Positions 1 through 12,047 of a DNA stretch of 64,000 nucleotides are shown piece by piece. A program made the translations under genes and the position numbers. Each line of letters starts with the position of its first letter. Position 1 is the stretch's first letter. Under the pieces are notes generated by a model. That model was given only the letters and a program-made list of their open reading frames with translations, had not been told where the DNA came from and searched no databases. The DNA comes from a virus, in the IMG/VR virus record IMGVR_UViG_3300042319_002356, positions 1-64,000 of that record; one strand, written 5' to 3'.

Positions 1-3000
1 AATCGCTCTCACGTATATTCTGTTGCAAGTTCATATACAATCACAATCAGTGGTGATGTAACAGGGTTTAGATTTAATAATACAGGGTCAAGATTAGAAA
101 TACGGGAAATACTAAAATGGGGACCATTACGTGGACTTAACAACTCAAATGCCACAATGTTTTTTGGTTGTAGTAACTTAGTATTAACTGGAGTTACGGA
201 TACTCCTGATTTGGTAGGTATAACTGCAACCACAAGTATGTTCAGAAGTTGTGGTATCACAACTATAAGTGGTGTCAGTGGTTGGGATACTAGTAGTGTG
301 ACTAATATGTCTTTCATGTTTAATGGTGCGACGACATTTAATGACAATATTGGTTCTTGGAATGTTTCAGGTGTTACAGATATGGCATACATGTTTGGTA
401 GTACCTCCCAATTTAATAACGGAGGTAGCCCCTCCATTAGTGGATGGAATGTTAGTAACGTAACTAACATGGAGTCAATGTTCCAATATGGTAACTTTAA
501 CCAAGATATTGGAGCGTGGGATGTTGGTAATGTCACAAACATGCAACAGATGTTCCGACACCAAAGTAATATAGCTGGAACTGGATTTAACAATGGAGGT
601 AGTCCTTCTATTAGTGGATGGAATGTTAGTAATGTTACTAACATGATTGAGATGTTTAGGGGTTCTAAAATTTTCAATCAACCTATTGGAAATTGGAACG
701 TGTCAAACGTAACAAACATGTTTGGCATGTTCTCTACCCAAGGAACTGCTCAACAACCATTTAATCAAAATATTGGTGCTTGGAATGTTTCTGCTGTGAC
801 GGATATGAGACAAATGTTTAGTTCTGCATTATCTTTCAACAACGGAGGAAGTCCATCAATTAGTGGATGGAATGTTAGTAATGTTACACTTATATCCCTA
901 ATGTTCAATAGCGCTAGGGCGTTTAACCAACCGATTGGAAGTTGGGATATGAGAAACAAGTCGGATTTAACAAGAATGTTAGACGATGCTAGATTATTCA
1001 ATCAAGACGTTGGTTCTTGGAATGTTTCAGGTGTCACTAACATGAGTGGATTATTCCGAGACACACATGCTTTTAACAACGCTAGTAGCCCGTCCATAAG
1101 TGGGTGGAACGTTAGTAATGTTACCAATATGAGTAGTATGTTTGGAAATACTGATGGTATAGCCCAACCATTTAATCAACCAATTGGAAGCTGGAATGTA
1201 TCAAGTGTTCAAAACATGTCTGAAATGTTTAATAGATGTACCTCATTCAACCAAGATTTAAGTTCTTGGAATGTTTCGAGTGTCACAAACATGTTTGCCA
1301 TGTTTTATGTTGCGAGCTCATTTAACCAAAACATCTCAAGCTGGAATACGAGTGGTGTTACAAATATGTCTCTTATGTTTGGGTTTGCCAGTTCATTTAA
1401 CCAAAATATTGGTTCTTGGAATACTGGTAACGTAACCTTGATGAATAGTATGTTCCAATCCGCAACCGCATTTAATCAAGATATATCAAATTGGAATACT
1501 GCAAAGGTTACAAACATGGGTAACATGTTTAGTAATGCGGTTGCGTTTAATGGGTATGTCGGGACAAATGGTGATAAGTGGAATGTCTCAGGTGTTACGG
1601 ATATGAGAGGAATGTTCTCAGGAGCTTCAGCCTTCAACAATAGTGGTACTGCGGGTACAAGTACATTTCCTTTAACAGGTTGGAACGTATCAAACGTCAC
1701 AGGTTTAGGAATGGTTTCGATGTTCCAAAATGCGTCTTCATTTAACCAAGACGTATCGAATTGGGATACTAGAAAGATAACAAGTTTAGCTAACATGTTT
1801 AATGGTGCAACATTGTTTAATCAATCAGTTGCAACAAATGGTAATATTTGGAATGTCTCAGGCGTTACCGACATGATAGGTACATTTAGTGGTGCGACTG
1901 GGTATACCAACTTAGGACAACCATTAAGTGGTTGGAGTACAAGTAATGTTACCGACATGTCATTTATGTTCGGTAATTCTGCCTTTAACAAATATATTGG
2001 TAATTGGAATACGTCAAATGTAACAACAATGAGGTCAATGTTTTGGTCTGCAACAACATTTAATAATGAAAGTTTACCATTAAGCGGTTGGAACACGACA
2101 AAAGTGACCACCATGAGGTCAATGTTCAATACCGCACAACAATTTAATCAGTATGTTGGTACGAATGGAACAAATTGGGTAACATCGGCAGTTACTGATA
2201 TGCAATTTATGTTTGCAAGTGCGACTAACTTTAATAATGGTGAGGCCGCAGGTCTAAGTAATTTACCACTTACAGGTTGGAATACAAGTAATGTTACTTT
2301 GATGAACAATATGTTTATTGTTGCCCAATCATTTAACCAAAACATCTCAACTTGGGATACTGCTAAAGTGACTAACATGGCCTCCATGTTTAATAATGCA
2401 TTTTTGTTTAACCAAAACGTTGGTAATTGGAACGTATCGGGCGTAACAAATATGCAAGTGATGTTTAATTTTGCAAACTCATTTAATAACGCAGGTAGTC
2501 CTTCCATTAGTGGGTGGAACACTAGTAATGTTACAACCATGTTCCAAATGTTTGCGGCAACACCCTTCAATCAACCACTTACTAATTGGGACACATTAAA
2601 GTTAACTGGTGCAAGTGCGGTCAATCAGATGTTCTATTCTGCAACATCATTCAACCAAAATTTGACAACTACTGGGAATTTTTGGAATATGTCGGGAGCG
2701 ACAAGTCTTAATAGTATGTTTGGTTTGGCCACCTCGTTTAACGGGGATGTTTCTGGGTGGGACACTAGAAAAGTAACCGATTTTATTTCCACGTTTTTTA
2801 GTGCTACGTCATTTAACCAAAATTTAAGTTCATGGGTAATTACAGGAGGTACAAATGGTAGTTTAAATCAATTTTTAAGTTATTCAAATCTATCTCAGAC
2901 AAATTATGATAATACGTTAATTGGATGGTCTGGACAAAACCCTACTAGTAAAACTATAGGTGTTATTGGATTAGTATATTCACCATCACCTTGTCCTGGA

Positions 3001-6000
3001 GGTGATGCAAGAACTTATCTAGACGTACCTAGAGGTTGGACATTTGTCGGTGACATTGCTGGTTGTTGTGGAACATGTACTCCGACACCAACTCCTACAA
3101 TAACTATTACTCCGAGTATTACTCCAACAATTACAGTTACCCCGAGTATTACTCCTACAGTTACCCCAACAATTACAGTTACCCCAACAATTACAGTTAC
3201 CCCGAGTATTACACCTACCATTACACTGACAATTACCCCTTCGGTTACCGTATCACCATCTTCACCAGTCACTGAATGCCGATGTATAACATTTGTTAAT
3301 AATTCTGCGGGACCTGGTTTTACCCCATATACTTATTATGATTGTAGTGGTAATTTAATTGGTGCGGCAGCAACCCCTGGAGAAATATTTAGTGTGTGTG
3401 GTAGTAATCCTGTAGTTAGTTCAGTTGAATTATTATACTCAATAGGACAACCATGTTTTGGAGGAGAATGTGTTCCGGGTGATGGATGTCTTTGTACTAC
3501 AATCATAATATCTGAGGTTGATTTAAATAACTCAGATACTGATGCGGTTTATGTGTCGTATTTTAACTGTCACGATGGATTAGTTGAATCTTCAGCAATT
3601 ACTGTTGCTGGTGAATATTATATATGTAACAATGCAGTATCAACATTTAATTTATATGGTATTGGTTTACTACTTGATTACACTAATGAAGGAATACCTT
3701 ATAATAATAAAGAAAATCCTAATTTCTTCTATTCTGAATATAGTATTAGTGTTAGTTCTTGTTTACTTGATGAAGACTGTGACCCTTGTTTTAATGAGTT
3801 GTCAATTGATTTTGAATATGTTTGTCAAGAATTATTTCCCACACCAACTCCTTCACCTTCGGCTTCTCCAATAATTGAGGCAAATTGTACCGTATTTTTT
3901 AATGAGGGTACTGATGTTTACACCTATGATTTATTAACAAATACCTCAACATTGTTAACAGTACCTGGTGCTGGTCCATCATACATAGGGGATATTGCAA
4001 ATACCACTACAAAATTGTGGTTAATGAATAGTAATAGTGTTATGGAATGGGATATTACTTTATCTCCATTTAGTGCGACATATAATAGAACTATTACATT
4101 CCCTAATTTTTATGGACCAGGATTATTTGCTATTAACAATACTACTTTATTGGCCGTTGATTCAACCACAACCCCAAATACAGTTGTTACTTTAGATATT
4201 ACCACTACTACCGCAGTACAAACCGCACTATTTACTATGTTACCTGGCAGGAGTGTTGCTGGAGACATCTTAAAAACAAATAATAATAAGATATTAATTA
4301 CTAATTATGGTGTCGGCTCAAATGCTTACATCACCCAATATGATATATCAGGCAGTGTTGAATTTGATAAAAATATAACATCTAGCTCACAGTCCCCTTA
4401 TGGTATGTTTGTGAAGAATGGGCAGATTTATATAATGGATTTTTTTGGTGGTGTATTTCTTATTCAGACATCTTCCCCATATAATTTAACATTAGTTGCG
4501 TCATCAGGACATTACCCTTATGGTGCGTCACAAGACCCTGGATGTGCAAATATTAGTTTTCAGCCGAATGTAACCCCAACACCTACACCCACACCTTCCA
4601 TTACTCCAACTAATACATTACCACCTAATTTAGCGGTTAGTTCTTACTTCTATTGTGATTTAATTACACCTACTCCTACTGTTACTATTAGTCAAACACC
4701 ATTCCAAACCCAAACCCCAACTTTAACACCTGGGTTAAGTCCAAGTGTCACACCTACAAATACTTTAACTCCATTCTTTACTCAGACACCTTCCGTCACT
4801 CCTGACTGTATCAATATTAGTTTTGAATATGTTTGTGAGTTCTTAACACCAACACCTACCCCAACTGTTACCATTACTCCGTTCTTAACTCCTTCAGTTA
4901 CTCCGACAAATACTGTACCCCCAAACATTAATGGTAGTTTCTATTTTTATTGTGATTTAATTACACCTACCCCTACTGTTAGTGTGACTCAAACTCCACT
5001 CCAAACACAGACATCTACCCCCACACCAGGATTGAGTCCATCTGTTACACCAACTAATACTTTAACTCCTTTTTTTACACAGACCCCGAGTCAAACTCCA
5101 AATTGTATTACAATTAGTTTTGAATATGTTTGTGAAAATTTAACGCCTACACCTACCCCGACTGTAACATTAACTCCATTTATTACTCAATCAGTTACTC
5201 CTACGAATACCTTACCACCAAACTTGGGAGTGTCAAGTTATTTCTATTGTAATTTGGCAACCCCAACAGTGACTCCATCACTATCAATTTCAGTTACCCC
5301 AACAATAACACCATCTGTAACTGCGAATGCTTGTTTCTGTTATGATGTAATTGTTACACAACACGATATTGATAGCGCAAGTGGTAACACAAATCCTGTT
5401 GCAAATGGGAGAGTTACGGTTATCTATTATGATTGTGATGAAATTCCAAGACCATTTTCAGTAACTTCTGCTGGTATATACACAATTTGTAATAAAGCAT
5501 CAGAAACATTTGACAACTTAGGTATTGAAGTATTCATTACCTACACACAAAATAATGAGGGTTATAATAATTTAGATGACCCACAATTATTTACTAGCCA
5601 GTACATTACGGAGTATTCATCTTGTACTCAAGATGGTGATTGTGTCCCAATTACCCAAACTCCGACACCTACAGCAACTCTGACACCAGGTTTAAGTTTG
5701 ACCCCAACGGTAACCCCAACCCTAACCCCGTTTTTTACCCCAAGTCCATCACCTGATTGTTCCGGAGTTGCTATATCATTTGAGTATGTTTGTGAGTTCT
5801 TAACCCCGACTCCAACCCCCACTCAGACATTAACCCCGTTCTTAACTCCTTCGGTTACTCCGACACAAAGTATTCCTGTTAATTTAGGTGTTAGCTCTTA
5901 TTTCTATTGTGATTTAGTAAGTCCAACTCCTACGGTTAGTGTGACTGAAACTCCATTCCAAACACAAACTCCAACCCTAACACCTGGTTTAAGTCCAAGT

Positions 6001-8931
6001 GTCACACCTACGAACACATTAACACCATTCTTTACCCAAACACCAAGCCAGACCTCTGATTGTATTAATATTAGTTTTGAGTATGTTTGTGAGTTTTTAA
6101 CTCCAACCCCCACTCCAACTCAGACATTAACCCCGTTCTTAACTCCTTCGGTTACTCCGACACAAAGTTTACCTGTAAATTTAGGTGTTAGCTCTTATTT
6201 CTATTGTGATTTAGTTACATTGACCCCAACAGTCAGTGTGACTGAAACACCTTTTCAAACTCCAACACCAACTCTTACACCAGGATTAAGTCCGAGTGTT
6301 ACTCCGACAAATACTTTAACACCTTTCTTCACACAGACCCCAAGCCAGACCCCTGATTGTATTAACATTAGTTTTGAATATGTTTGTGAGTTCTTAACAC
6401 CAACACCTACGACAACTGTAACATTAACTCCATTCCTGACACCATCGGTAACTCCCACAAATACATTACCACCAAACTTGGCGGTTAGTGTTTATATGTA
6501 TTGTGAGTTAGTTACCCCAACTCAAACTCCGACTCAAACTGTTACACCATCTATTACCCCATCAATTACCCCAACCATTAGTGTTACACCAACAATTCCT
6601 GATGATTGTATTGTTATTGATTTTGAGTTTATTTGTGAGTTTTTAACTCCAACACCTACCCCTACACAGACACTAACTCCGTTCTTAACGCCATCTATTA
6701 CTCCGACAAATACATTACCGCCTAATTTGGCGGTTAGTTCTTACTTCTATTGTGATTTGGTAAGTCCTACACCTACTGTTAGTGTAACTGAAACGCCTTT
6801 CCAAACTCCGACACCAACTCTTACACCTGGTTTAAGTCCAAGTGTTACTCCGACAAATACTTTAACTCCATTCTTTACCCAAACACCAAGCCAGACCCCT
6901 GATTGTATTAATATTAGTTTTGAATATGTTTGTAGTGATTTGACCCCAACCCCAACTGCAACTGTAACGGTAACTCCGTTCTTGACCCCATCTCCAACCC
7001 CTACCGTTACAGTTGCTCCTTTCTTAGCGGTTAGTTCTTATTTTTATTGTGTTAACGTAACACTAACCCCAACAGTAACACCATTCTTAACACAGACACC
7101 GACATTAACACCATTTGCGACTCCTTCAGTTACTCCTAACTGTATTGTTATTAATTTTGAATACGTTTGTAGTAATTTAACTCCTACTCCGACTCCAACT
7201 CAGACCTTAACTCCGTTCTTAACACCATCTATTACTCCGACAAATACCTTACCACCAAACTTGGGAGTGTCAAGTTATTTCTATTGTATTAATGTTACAT
7301 TAACCCCAACATTGACACCATTCTTAACTCCAACTCCAACATTAACACCATTTGCAACACCATCAGTTACACCTGATTGTATTAACATTGTCTTTGAGTA
7401 TGTTTGTGATAATTTAACTCCAACTCCAACACCAACTCAAACTTTAACACCGTTCTTAACACAAACCCCCACACCTACAACGACATTGGCTCCTAATTTA
7501 GGTGTTAGTTCTTACTTCTATTGTGATTTGGTTACTCCTACGGTAACCCCTACACCAACTCAAACTTTACCTGACATTTATTGGTTTAGTGGATGTTGTG
7601 AAATTAATAACATTACGTTTGGTTTATATAACTTACCAGTATCTGTAATTGTTGGTGAAGTTTACTACGTTGAAATTGAGGGAGTATTCTCGGGATGCTC
7701 AACAGTAATTACAACAGGAACCGGAGGAATTTATGGAAATTCAATATTGGTAAATTATACTAATTGTGTTGAATGTATTACTAACAATCCTTGTATCCCT
7801 ATTCCAAGTGTAACACCAACCCCAACGGTGACTCAAACTCCAAATTGTATTACAATTAGTTTTGAATATGTTTGTGAAAATTTAACACCTACGCCTACCC
7901 CTACTCAGACATTAACTCCATTCTTAACTCAGACTCCTACACCTACAACAACATTGGCTCCTAATTTAGGAGTTAGTTCTTATTTCTATTGTGATTTAGT
8001 TACTCCGACTCCAACTTTAACACCATTCTTTACATTAACTCCAACACCAACTCCGACAGTTACACTGACTTCATTCTTAACTCCAACACCAACTCTGACA
8101 CAGTTCTTTACCCCTACACCAACAATAACACCATCAGTTACACCTGATTGTATTACAATAAACTTTGAGTATGTTTGTAGTAATTTAACACCAACTCCAA
8201 CACCAACTCAAACATTAACACCATTTTTAACACCATCAATAACACCAACGGAGACACTACCGCCATATTTGAACGTATCTGTTTATTTATATTGTGAGTT
8301 AGTTACCCCAACACCAACACCTAATATTATGACACCAACACCAACACAAACGGCTACGGTGACCCCAACGTTGACTCCTGGACTAACAGGATGTGGGGTT
8401 CACCAGTATTGTGTCCATTTAGGTAATCCTGATTACGACGGAACATATGTAAACTCGGGATACTATAACGGACATTCTTATTATCTAAACTCAGGAACAA
8501 ATAGTGTAATTTATTACAATAACACTACTTGGTGTGTATCGGATACACTTGGAGGAACTTGTATCCTCTATGGTTCAGTTCCGCCGACATCACCTTGTCC
8601 AAGTTTCTCAAACACTGTATTCAGTGTAGGAGCTTGTCCAACACCTACGCCGACCCCAACTCCATCGGTGACACCTACGTTAACCCCGACTGTGTCACCT
8701 ACTGCGACGTTGACCCCAACTCCGGCAGTTACGACATCTCCAACTACTACTCCGACAGTTACCCCAACAGGGACTAATGCTTGTATTGGTGTTCAAGCAT
8801 ATTCAATTGTTGAAGATGTTCCAAATCCGTCTCCGACTCCTACGGTTACTCCAACGTCAACGGTTGGTAAAGTCTCCTTTAATGGTGAAGGTGTTTTTGT
8901 GGTGTTAAACGATACTTTTGTATGTAATTAA
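1..8931 (+). CDS. Giant surface/virion protein (5'-truncated): BspA/DUF285 repeat region followed by Thr-Pro-rich and Cys-containing repeats
   Basis: Frame 1 is open from base 1 ([18 protein letters not shown]...), so the ATG at 157 is probably internal. Dozens of 'FNQxIxxWxVSxVTNMxxMF' DUF285-type repeats run to ~2990, followed by TPTP tracts and Cys modules. Confidence 0.85.
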   Translation, partial: NRSHVYSVASSYTITISGDVTGFRFNNTGSRLEIREILKWGPLRGLNNSNATMFFGCSNLVLTGVTDTPDLVGITATTSMFRSCGITTISGVSGWDTSSVTNMSFMFNGATTFNDNIGSWNVSGVTDMAYMFGSTSQFNNGGSPSISGWNVSNVTNMESMFQYGNFNQDIGAWDVGNVTNMQQMFRHQSNIAGTGFNNGGSPSISGWNVSNVTNMIEMFRGSKIFNQPIGNWNVSNVTNMFGMFSTQGTAQQPFNQNIGAWNVSAVTDMRQMFSSALSFNNGGSPSISGWNVSNVTLISLMFNSARAFNQPIGSWDMRNKSDLTRMLDDARLFNQDVGSWNVSGVTNMSGLFRDTHAFNNASSPSISGWNVSNVTNMSSMFGNTDGIAQPFNQPIGSWNVSSVQNMSEMFNRCTSFNQDLSSWNVSSVTNMFAMFYVASSFNQNISSWNTSGVTNMSLMFGFASSFNQNIGSWNTGNVTLMNSMFQSATAFNQDISNWNTAKVTNMGNMFSNAVAFNGYVGTNGDKWNVSGVTDMRGMFSGASAFNNSGTAGTSTFPLTGWNVSNVTGLGMVSMFQNASSFNQDVSNWDTRKITSLANMFNGATLFNQSVATNGNIWNVSGVTDMIGTFSGATGYTNLGQPLSGWSTSNVTDMSFMFGNSAFNKYIGNWNTSNVTTMRSMFWSATTFNNESLPLSGWNTTKVTTMRSMFNTAQQFNQYVGTNGTNWVTSAVTDMQFMFASATNFNNGEAAGLSNLPLTGWNTSNVTLMNNMFIVAQSFNQNISTWDTAKVTNMASMFNNAFLFNQNVGNWNVSGVTNMQVMFNFANSFNNAGSPSISGWNTSNVTTMFQMFAATPFNQPLTNWDTLKLTGASAVNQMFYSATSFNQNLTTTGNFWNMSGATSLNSMFGLATSFNGDVSGWDTRKVTDFISTFFSATSFNQNLSSWVITGGTNGSLNQFLSYSNLSQTNYDNTLIGWSGQNPTSKTIGVIGLVYSPSPCPGGDARTYLDVPRGWTFVGDIAGCCGTCTPTPTPTITITPSITPTITVTPSITPTVTPTITVTPTITVTPSITPTITLTITPSVTVSPSSPVTECRCITFVNNSAGPGFTPYTYYDCSGNLIGAAATPGEIFSVCGSNPVVSSVELLYSIGQPCFGGECVPGDGCLCTTIIISEVDLNNSDTDAVYVSYFNCHDGLVESSAITVAGEYYICNNAVSTFNLYGIGLLLDYTNEGIPYNNKENPNFFYSEYSISVSSCLLDEDCDPCFNELSIDFEYVCQELFPTPTPSPSASPIIEANCTVFFNEGTDVYTYDLLTNTSTLLTVPGAGPSYIGDIANTTTKLWLMNSNSVMEWDITLSPFSATYNRTITFPNFYGPGLFAINNTTLLAVDSTTTPNTVVTLDITTTTAVQTALFTMLPGRSVAGDILKTNNNKILITNYGVGSNAYITQYDISGSVEFDKNITSSSQSPYGMFVKNGQIYIMDFFGGVFLIQTSSPYNLTLVASSGHYPYGASQDPGCANISFQPNVTPTPTPTPSITPTNTLPPNLAVSSYFYCDLITPTPTVTISQTPFQTQTPTLTPGLSPSVTPTNTLTPFFTQTPSVTPDCINISFEYVCEFLTPTPTPTVTITPFLTPSVTPTNTVPPNINGSFYFYCDLITPTPTVSVTQTPLQTQTSTPTPGLSPSVTPTNTLTPFFTQTPSQTPNCITISFEYVCENLTPTPTPTVTLTPFITQSVTPTNTLPPNLGVSSYFYCNLATPTVTPSLSISVTPTITPSVTANACFCYDVIVTQHDIDSASGNTNPVANGRVTVIYYDCDEIPRPFSVTSAGIYTICNKASETFDNLGIEVFITYTQNNEGYNNLDDPQLFTSQYITEYSSCTQDGDCVPITQTPTPTATLTPGLSLTPTVTPTLTPFFTPSPSPDCSGVAISFEYVCEFLTPTPTPTQTLTPFLTPSVTPTQSIPVNLGVSSYFYCDLVSPTPTVSVTETPFQTQTPTLTPGLSPSVTPTNTLTPFFTQTPSQTSDCINISFEYVCEFLTPTPTPTQTLTPFLTPSVTPTQSLPVNLGVSSYFYCDLVTLTPTVSVTETPFQTPTPTLTPGLSPSVTPTNTLTPFFTQTPSQTPDCINISFEYVCEFLTPTPTTTVTLTPFLTPSVTPTNTLPPNLAVSVYMYCELVTPTQTPTQTVTPSITPSITPTISVTPTIPDDCIVIDFEFICEFLTPTPTPTQTLTPFLTPSITPTNTLPPNLAVSSYFYCDLVSPTPTVSVTETPFQTPTPTLTPGLSPSVTPTNTLTPFFTQTPSQTPDCINISFEYVCSDLTPTPTATVTVTPFLTPSPTPTVTVAPFLAVSSYFYCVNVTLTPTVTPFLTQTPTLTPFATPSVTPNCIVINFEYVCSNLTPTPTPTQTLTPFLTPSITPTNTLPPNLGVSSYFYCINVTLTPTLTPFLTPTPTLTPFATPSVTPDCINIVFEYVCDNLTPTPTPTQTLTPFLTQTPTPTTTLAPNLGVSSYFYCDLVTPTVTPTPTQTLPDIYWFSGCCEINNITFGLYNLPVSVIVGEVYYVEIEGVFSGCSTVITTGTGGIYGNSILVNYTNCVECITNNPCIPIPSVTPTPTVTQTPNCITISFEYVCENLTPTPTPTQTLTPFLTQTPTPTTTLAPNLGVSSYFYCDLVTPTPTLTPFFTLTPTPTPTVTLTSFLTPTPTLTQFFTPTPTITPSVTPDCITINFEYVCSNLTPTPTPTQTLTPFLTPSITPTETLPPYLNVSVYLYCELVTPTPTPNIMTPTPTQTATVTPTLTPGLTGCGVHQYCVHLGNPDYDGTYVNSGYYNGHSYYLNSGTNSVIYYNNTTWCVSDTLGGTCILYGSVPPTSPCPSFSNTVFSVGACPTPTPTPTPSVTPTLTPTVSPTATLTPTPAVTTSPTTTPTVTPTGTNACIGVQAYSIVEDVPNPSPTPTVTPTSTVGKVSFNGEGVFVVLNDTFVCN
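157..2990 (+). repeat. BspA/DUF285 leucine-rich-like coding repeat array
   Basis: Recurrent WNVSxVTNM / FNQ motifs, with periodic longer variants [12 protein letters not shown]. Confidence 0.85.
3787..8300 (+). repeat. Alternating CxxIxFEYVC / NLxVSSYFYC modules separated by Thr-Pro linkers
   Basis: 12 copies of each module counted by eye in the translation, strictly alternating. Confidence 0.85.
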
Positions 8932-8975
8932 AATGGGATATACTTATATTAATAAATGACTATTTTTTTAAATAA

Positions 8976-9188
8976 ATGAAACAAATAACGGTTACAAATT
9001 TCATAGGTACATCTCCATTTGAGGTATATCTATGCGACCCAGGTTTTAATAGTTGTATTTGGATAACCCAAAGCACTTTTGTTCCTGTGGTATTTACCGT
9101 TCCACCTCCATATGATTTAAATACATCATTTGGAGTTAGAATTATAGATAGTAATAATTGCACAGTTGACCAAGTATTAACATTATGA
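8976..9188 (+). CDS. Small putative virion beta-rich protein
   Basis: 70-aa ORF with ATGA coupling to the next gene; ends ...IIDSNNC, resembling an SprB/Ig-like strand. Confidence 0.6.
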   Translation: MKQITVTNFIGTSPFEVYLCDPGFNSCIWITQSTFVPVVFTVPPPYDLNTSFGVRIIDSNNCTVDQVLTL

Positions 9189-10648
9189 GTTGTATAACGA
9201 TACAGTTAGGATTTTCAAGTACACAGATAAACGCTTGTAAAGGATATTATCAGTCAGTATCCACATATTATGCTGATTTTTTAAATTTTTCGCAAGCGAC
9301 TAAAATATATTCAGATTCTTCATGTACAACATTTGCGACGCAAGGGTACTATTCTAATGGGGTGGTAGTTAGATTTTGGAACCCTACTTTAAAACAGTTA
9401 TTAAAGTCAAATTCATGTCAGTTACCAATGGTATTCACACCATGTTGTGACGGGATTCCAAATCAAACATTTTTGGTTAGTAATGCTAATTTTGTTGACC
9501 CAACATTAGGTGCACCATATTCGGTTAGTTTTAGTGGGAATTGTTACCAATATACAAATACTTTAAGTAGTGATAGTCCTATTGCAACATTTACAAATTT
9601 CCAATATAGAGATTGTCAAACTTGTTTAGAAACATATCCATGTAACATAACGCCAACACCGACCCCAAGTCCAACACCAACTCCATCGGCGGTGCCATCA
9701 TCAATCTATTTGAAATCATGTTGTGATGATACCTATTATTATTCGTTAGGTAATATTTCTAGACCTGTTGGTGATACTATTACGATTAAACCTTACAATT
9801 ATTGTTATACTGTTGTTTTTGATAGTGGAAATTTTCCGGCAAATCTCCCATCAATAAATGACTATCAATGGGAAAAAGTTACGGGGTGTTTAGATGTTAA
9901 ATGTCAATCTTGCATGCCTGTACCAACCGCAAGTGCGGCTTATGTTCCGCCTGGTAAAACAGACCCTTGTTTTTATTCAACAATCTTACCGTTAGGTGTT
10001 GTATGTAATGTTACACAACCTTTGGTAGGACAACCGTTTACAGGAATATTGGATTTGGAGATTACAGGGGGAACTCCCCCATATTACGTTGTGTGGGTAC
10101 CGGGAGGAGTCGGAAAAACCATATACTACCAAGGACCTGGAGTTTATACTGCGACTGTAACCGACGTATGGAAAGATTTTACTGCAACGACGACATGTGT
10201 ATTAGAAGAAGAATTAAATTGTGGATTTGTTCCAAATGCGACCGAATATTTTATCCCAACCCCAACACCGACTCCTACACCTACTATGACAACAACTCCT
10301 ACACCTACACCGTCAATAACTCCAACAATGACAATAACACCAAGTAATACTCCAGCGGTTTCACCTAGTCCAACGGCTAGTGTAACACCAAGTATTACAC
10401 CTTCAGTTACTCCGTCAATTACTCCAAGTAGTTCGTCAAGTAATTGTGGTTGTTATACGATAACAAATACCAATAGTTATAATACATTAGGAATTAAGTA
10501 TTACAACTGTAGTGGTGTGATAATAAATTTAGCCATCCCTCCAAACTCTTTCGGTAAGTTCTGTGGAAATGGAGTGACAACTGCGGGACAAGGAACATTT
10601 ATTGGACCTTGTGATGGAACTTGTACTGGAACATACCCAAATACTTAA
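9185..10648 (+). CDS. Cys-rich, Thr-Pro-rich putative virion protein with an SprB-like motif
   Basis: ITGGTPPY...GVYTATVTD SprB-type motif, CC/CxxC pairs, TPTP linkers. Confidence 0.65.
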   Translation: MSCITIQLGFSSTQINACKGYYQSVSTYYADFLNFSQATKIYSDSSCTTFATQGYYSNGVVVRFWNPTLKQLLKSNSCQLPMVFTPCCDGIPNQTFLVSNANFVDPTLGAPYSVSFSGNCYQYTNTLSSDSPIATFTNFQYRDCQTCLETYPCNITPTPTPSPTPTPSAVPSSIYLKSCCDDTYYYSLGNISRPVGDTITIKPYNYCYTVVFDSGNFPANLPSINDYQWEKVTGCLDVKCQSCMPVPTASAAYVPPGKTDPCFYSTILPLGVVCNVTQPLVGQPFTGILDLEITGGTPPYYVVWVPGGVGKTIYYQGPGVYTATVTDVWKDFTATTTCVLEEELNCGFVPNATEYFIPTPTPTPTPTMTTTPTPTPSITPTMTITPSNTPAVSPSPTASVTPSITPSVTPSITPSSSSSNCGCYTITNTNSYNTLGIKYYNCSGVIINLAIPPNSFGKFCGNGVTTAGQGTFIGPCDGTCTGTYPNT

Positions 10649-10652
10649 AAAA

Positions 10653-12032
10653 ATGAGATATTTTATAGTTACATTAGATAGTTTTAATTCTGAAGGTCCG
10701 TATACCGTTTATTACAATACAATTAATGGTGGGACAATAGCAGGAATTTTGGATTCAAGTAATTTGGCGGAAAATTTGAATCCATTTGATTTGGTTGCTG
10801 GTATAACTGTTTCGGTTCCTGATGACGTTACGAAATTAATAGTTTACGACACTAGTATCTGCCAAGAATATAAAGAAATACAAATAACCGCAATTGAACC
10901 CACCTATGAAGATTTTTGTGTTACAATTATTGGAACACCATTTACTCAAGGGATGCTACCTGAAATAACCCAGATACTATTTTCGTACGATGGGACGATT
11001 GAAAATGAAAAACCAGTATATGCTGATTCGGGAGATACGTATACAGTTTATTGGTCAGGTAATAGTTGGCATTTGTTAGGATTTGAAGTTGGTGGTGGTT
11101 CTATAACATCAACCAATTCAACAGATACTCCTATAAATGGATGGACAATCAATGGGCCTTTAAGTGGGTTCTATACTATTTCCGCTAATTTGGGAGAATG
11201 TTTATTATCTAATAGAGCTACTTTGAGAGTTACATCCTTTCCCCCAACTTGTTCTTCATTAAGTGACGGACAAATAACTTTATCATTATTGGGAGGGACT
11301 CCACCATATTCATATTCGTTAGACAATATCATATATGTTACAGATGGACCTACCCACACGTTTTTCAACTTAGCTCAGAGTGATTATAATGTGTATGCTC
11401 AAGATACTAATGGGACATATGTTGACTTTACAAGTTTAATTGCCCAATCCCAACAAACTACTTATACTGCAATATTTCAAAACATGAATCCACAACAAGG
11501 ATTGAATTTTGTTTCTTGTAATGGGGATTTAGCATTGTATAACACAAATGGAACAATATCCTTTAGTCCAAATATTCCAAGTAGTATCTTATCGTTAAAC
11601 TCAACATTAAAAGTTGATATTGATTTTTCCTATGAACAACCAAATAACGCCACGTTAGGACCATTTAGTATAACTGCGTCAAATGGTAATAATACTTATA
11701 CATTATCTCAATATGTTACCACACCAATGAGTGCTGGAGGGATAGTTTGTGGTAATCCGTTATACCGTAGCTATAGTGGAATGACGGGATTCTCAACGAC
11801 AATTCCATTTATCCAAAGTAATGGACAAATAACTTTCGGTGTTAATTTTTATTTAGACATGTCAAATTGTCAGGTTGATAGTAAATTTAATTGTCAGACA
11901 ATTGCTAAAATAAGAGTTAGGGCTTATTTGGATAATATTGGTAATTCAAATTCAAGAGCTTGTACTCAATATACGAGTAGGACATATGATAGTGGTGTGA
12001 TAACAATTAATTGCTCAAATAAAAGATGTTAA
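10653..12032 (+). CDS. Putative virion protein with SprB-like repeat
   Basis: PTC...DGQITL...GGTPPYSYSLD...YNVYAQD motif; start placed at ATG 10653, just after the upstream stop. Confidence 0.6.
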   Translation: MRYFIVTLDSFNSEGPYTVYYNTINGGTIAGILDSSNLAENLNPFDLVAGITVSVPDDVTKLIVYDTSICQEYKEIQITAIEPTYEDFCVTIIGTPFTQGMLPEITQILFSYDGTIENEKPVYADSGDTYTVYWSGNSWHLLGFEVGGGSITSTNSTDTPINGWTINGPLSGFYTISANLGECLLSNRATLRVTSFPPTCSSLSDGQITLSLLGGTPPYSYSLDNIIYVTDGPTHTFFNLAQSDYNVYAQDTNGTYVDFTSLIAQSQQTTYTAIFQNMNPQQGLNFVSCNGDLALYNTNGTISFSPNIPSSILSLNSTLKVDIDFSYEQPNNATLGPFSITASNGNNTYTLSQYVTTPMSAGGIVCGNPLYRSYSGMTGFSTTIPFIQSNGQITFGVNFYLDMSNCQVDSKFNCQTIAKIRVRAYLDNIGNSNSRACTQYTSRTYDSGVITINCSNKRC

Positions 12033-12036
12033 AATA

Positions 12037-12043
12037 TATTTAT
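12037..12043 (+). promoter_or_regulatory. TATTTAT motif (putative phage late promoter) before the tail-collar-like gene
   Basis: TATTTAT 4 nt before ATG 12048; same spacing at several other genes. Confidence 0.5.
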
Positions 12044-12047
12044 AGTT

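Noticed and set aside
157-2990. Possible diversity-generating retroelement target/template
   Set aside because: No reverse transcriptase in the window and no non-coding template copy differing only at adenines was seen.
9-6458. Multiple minus-strand and alternate-frame ORFs over the giant gene
   Set aside because: They are shadows of repetitive DUF285 and Thr-Pro codons (the antisense of TP repeats reads GV repeats); no independent coding signal.
4560-8330. Regularly spaced nucleotide repeats resembling a CRISPR array
   Set aside because: The repeats are degenerate at third codon positions, in frame within a CDS, and the 'spacers' are themselves repetitive TP codons; no cas operon is present.
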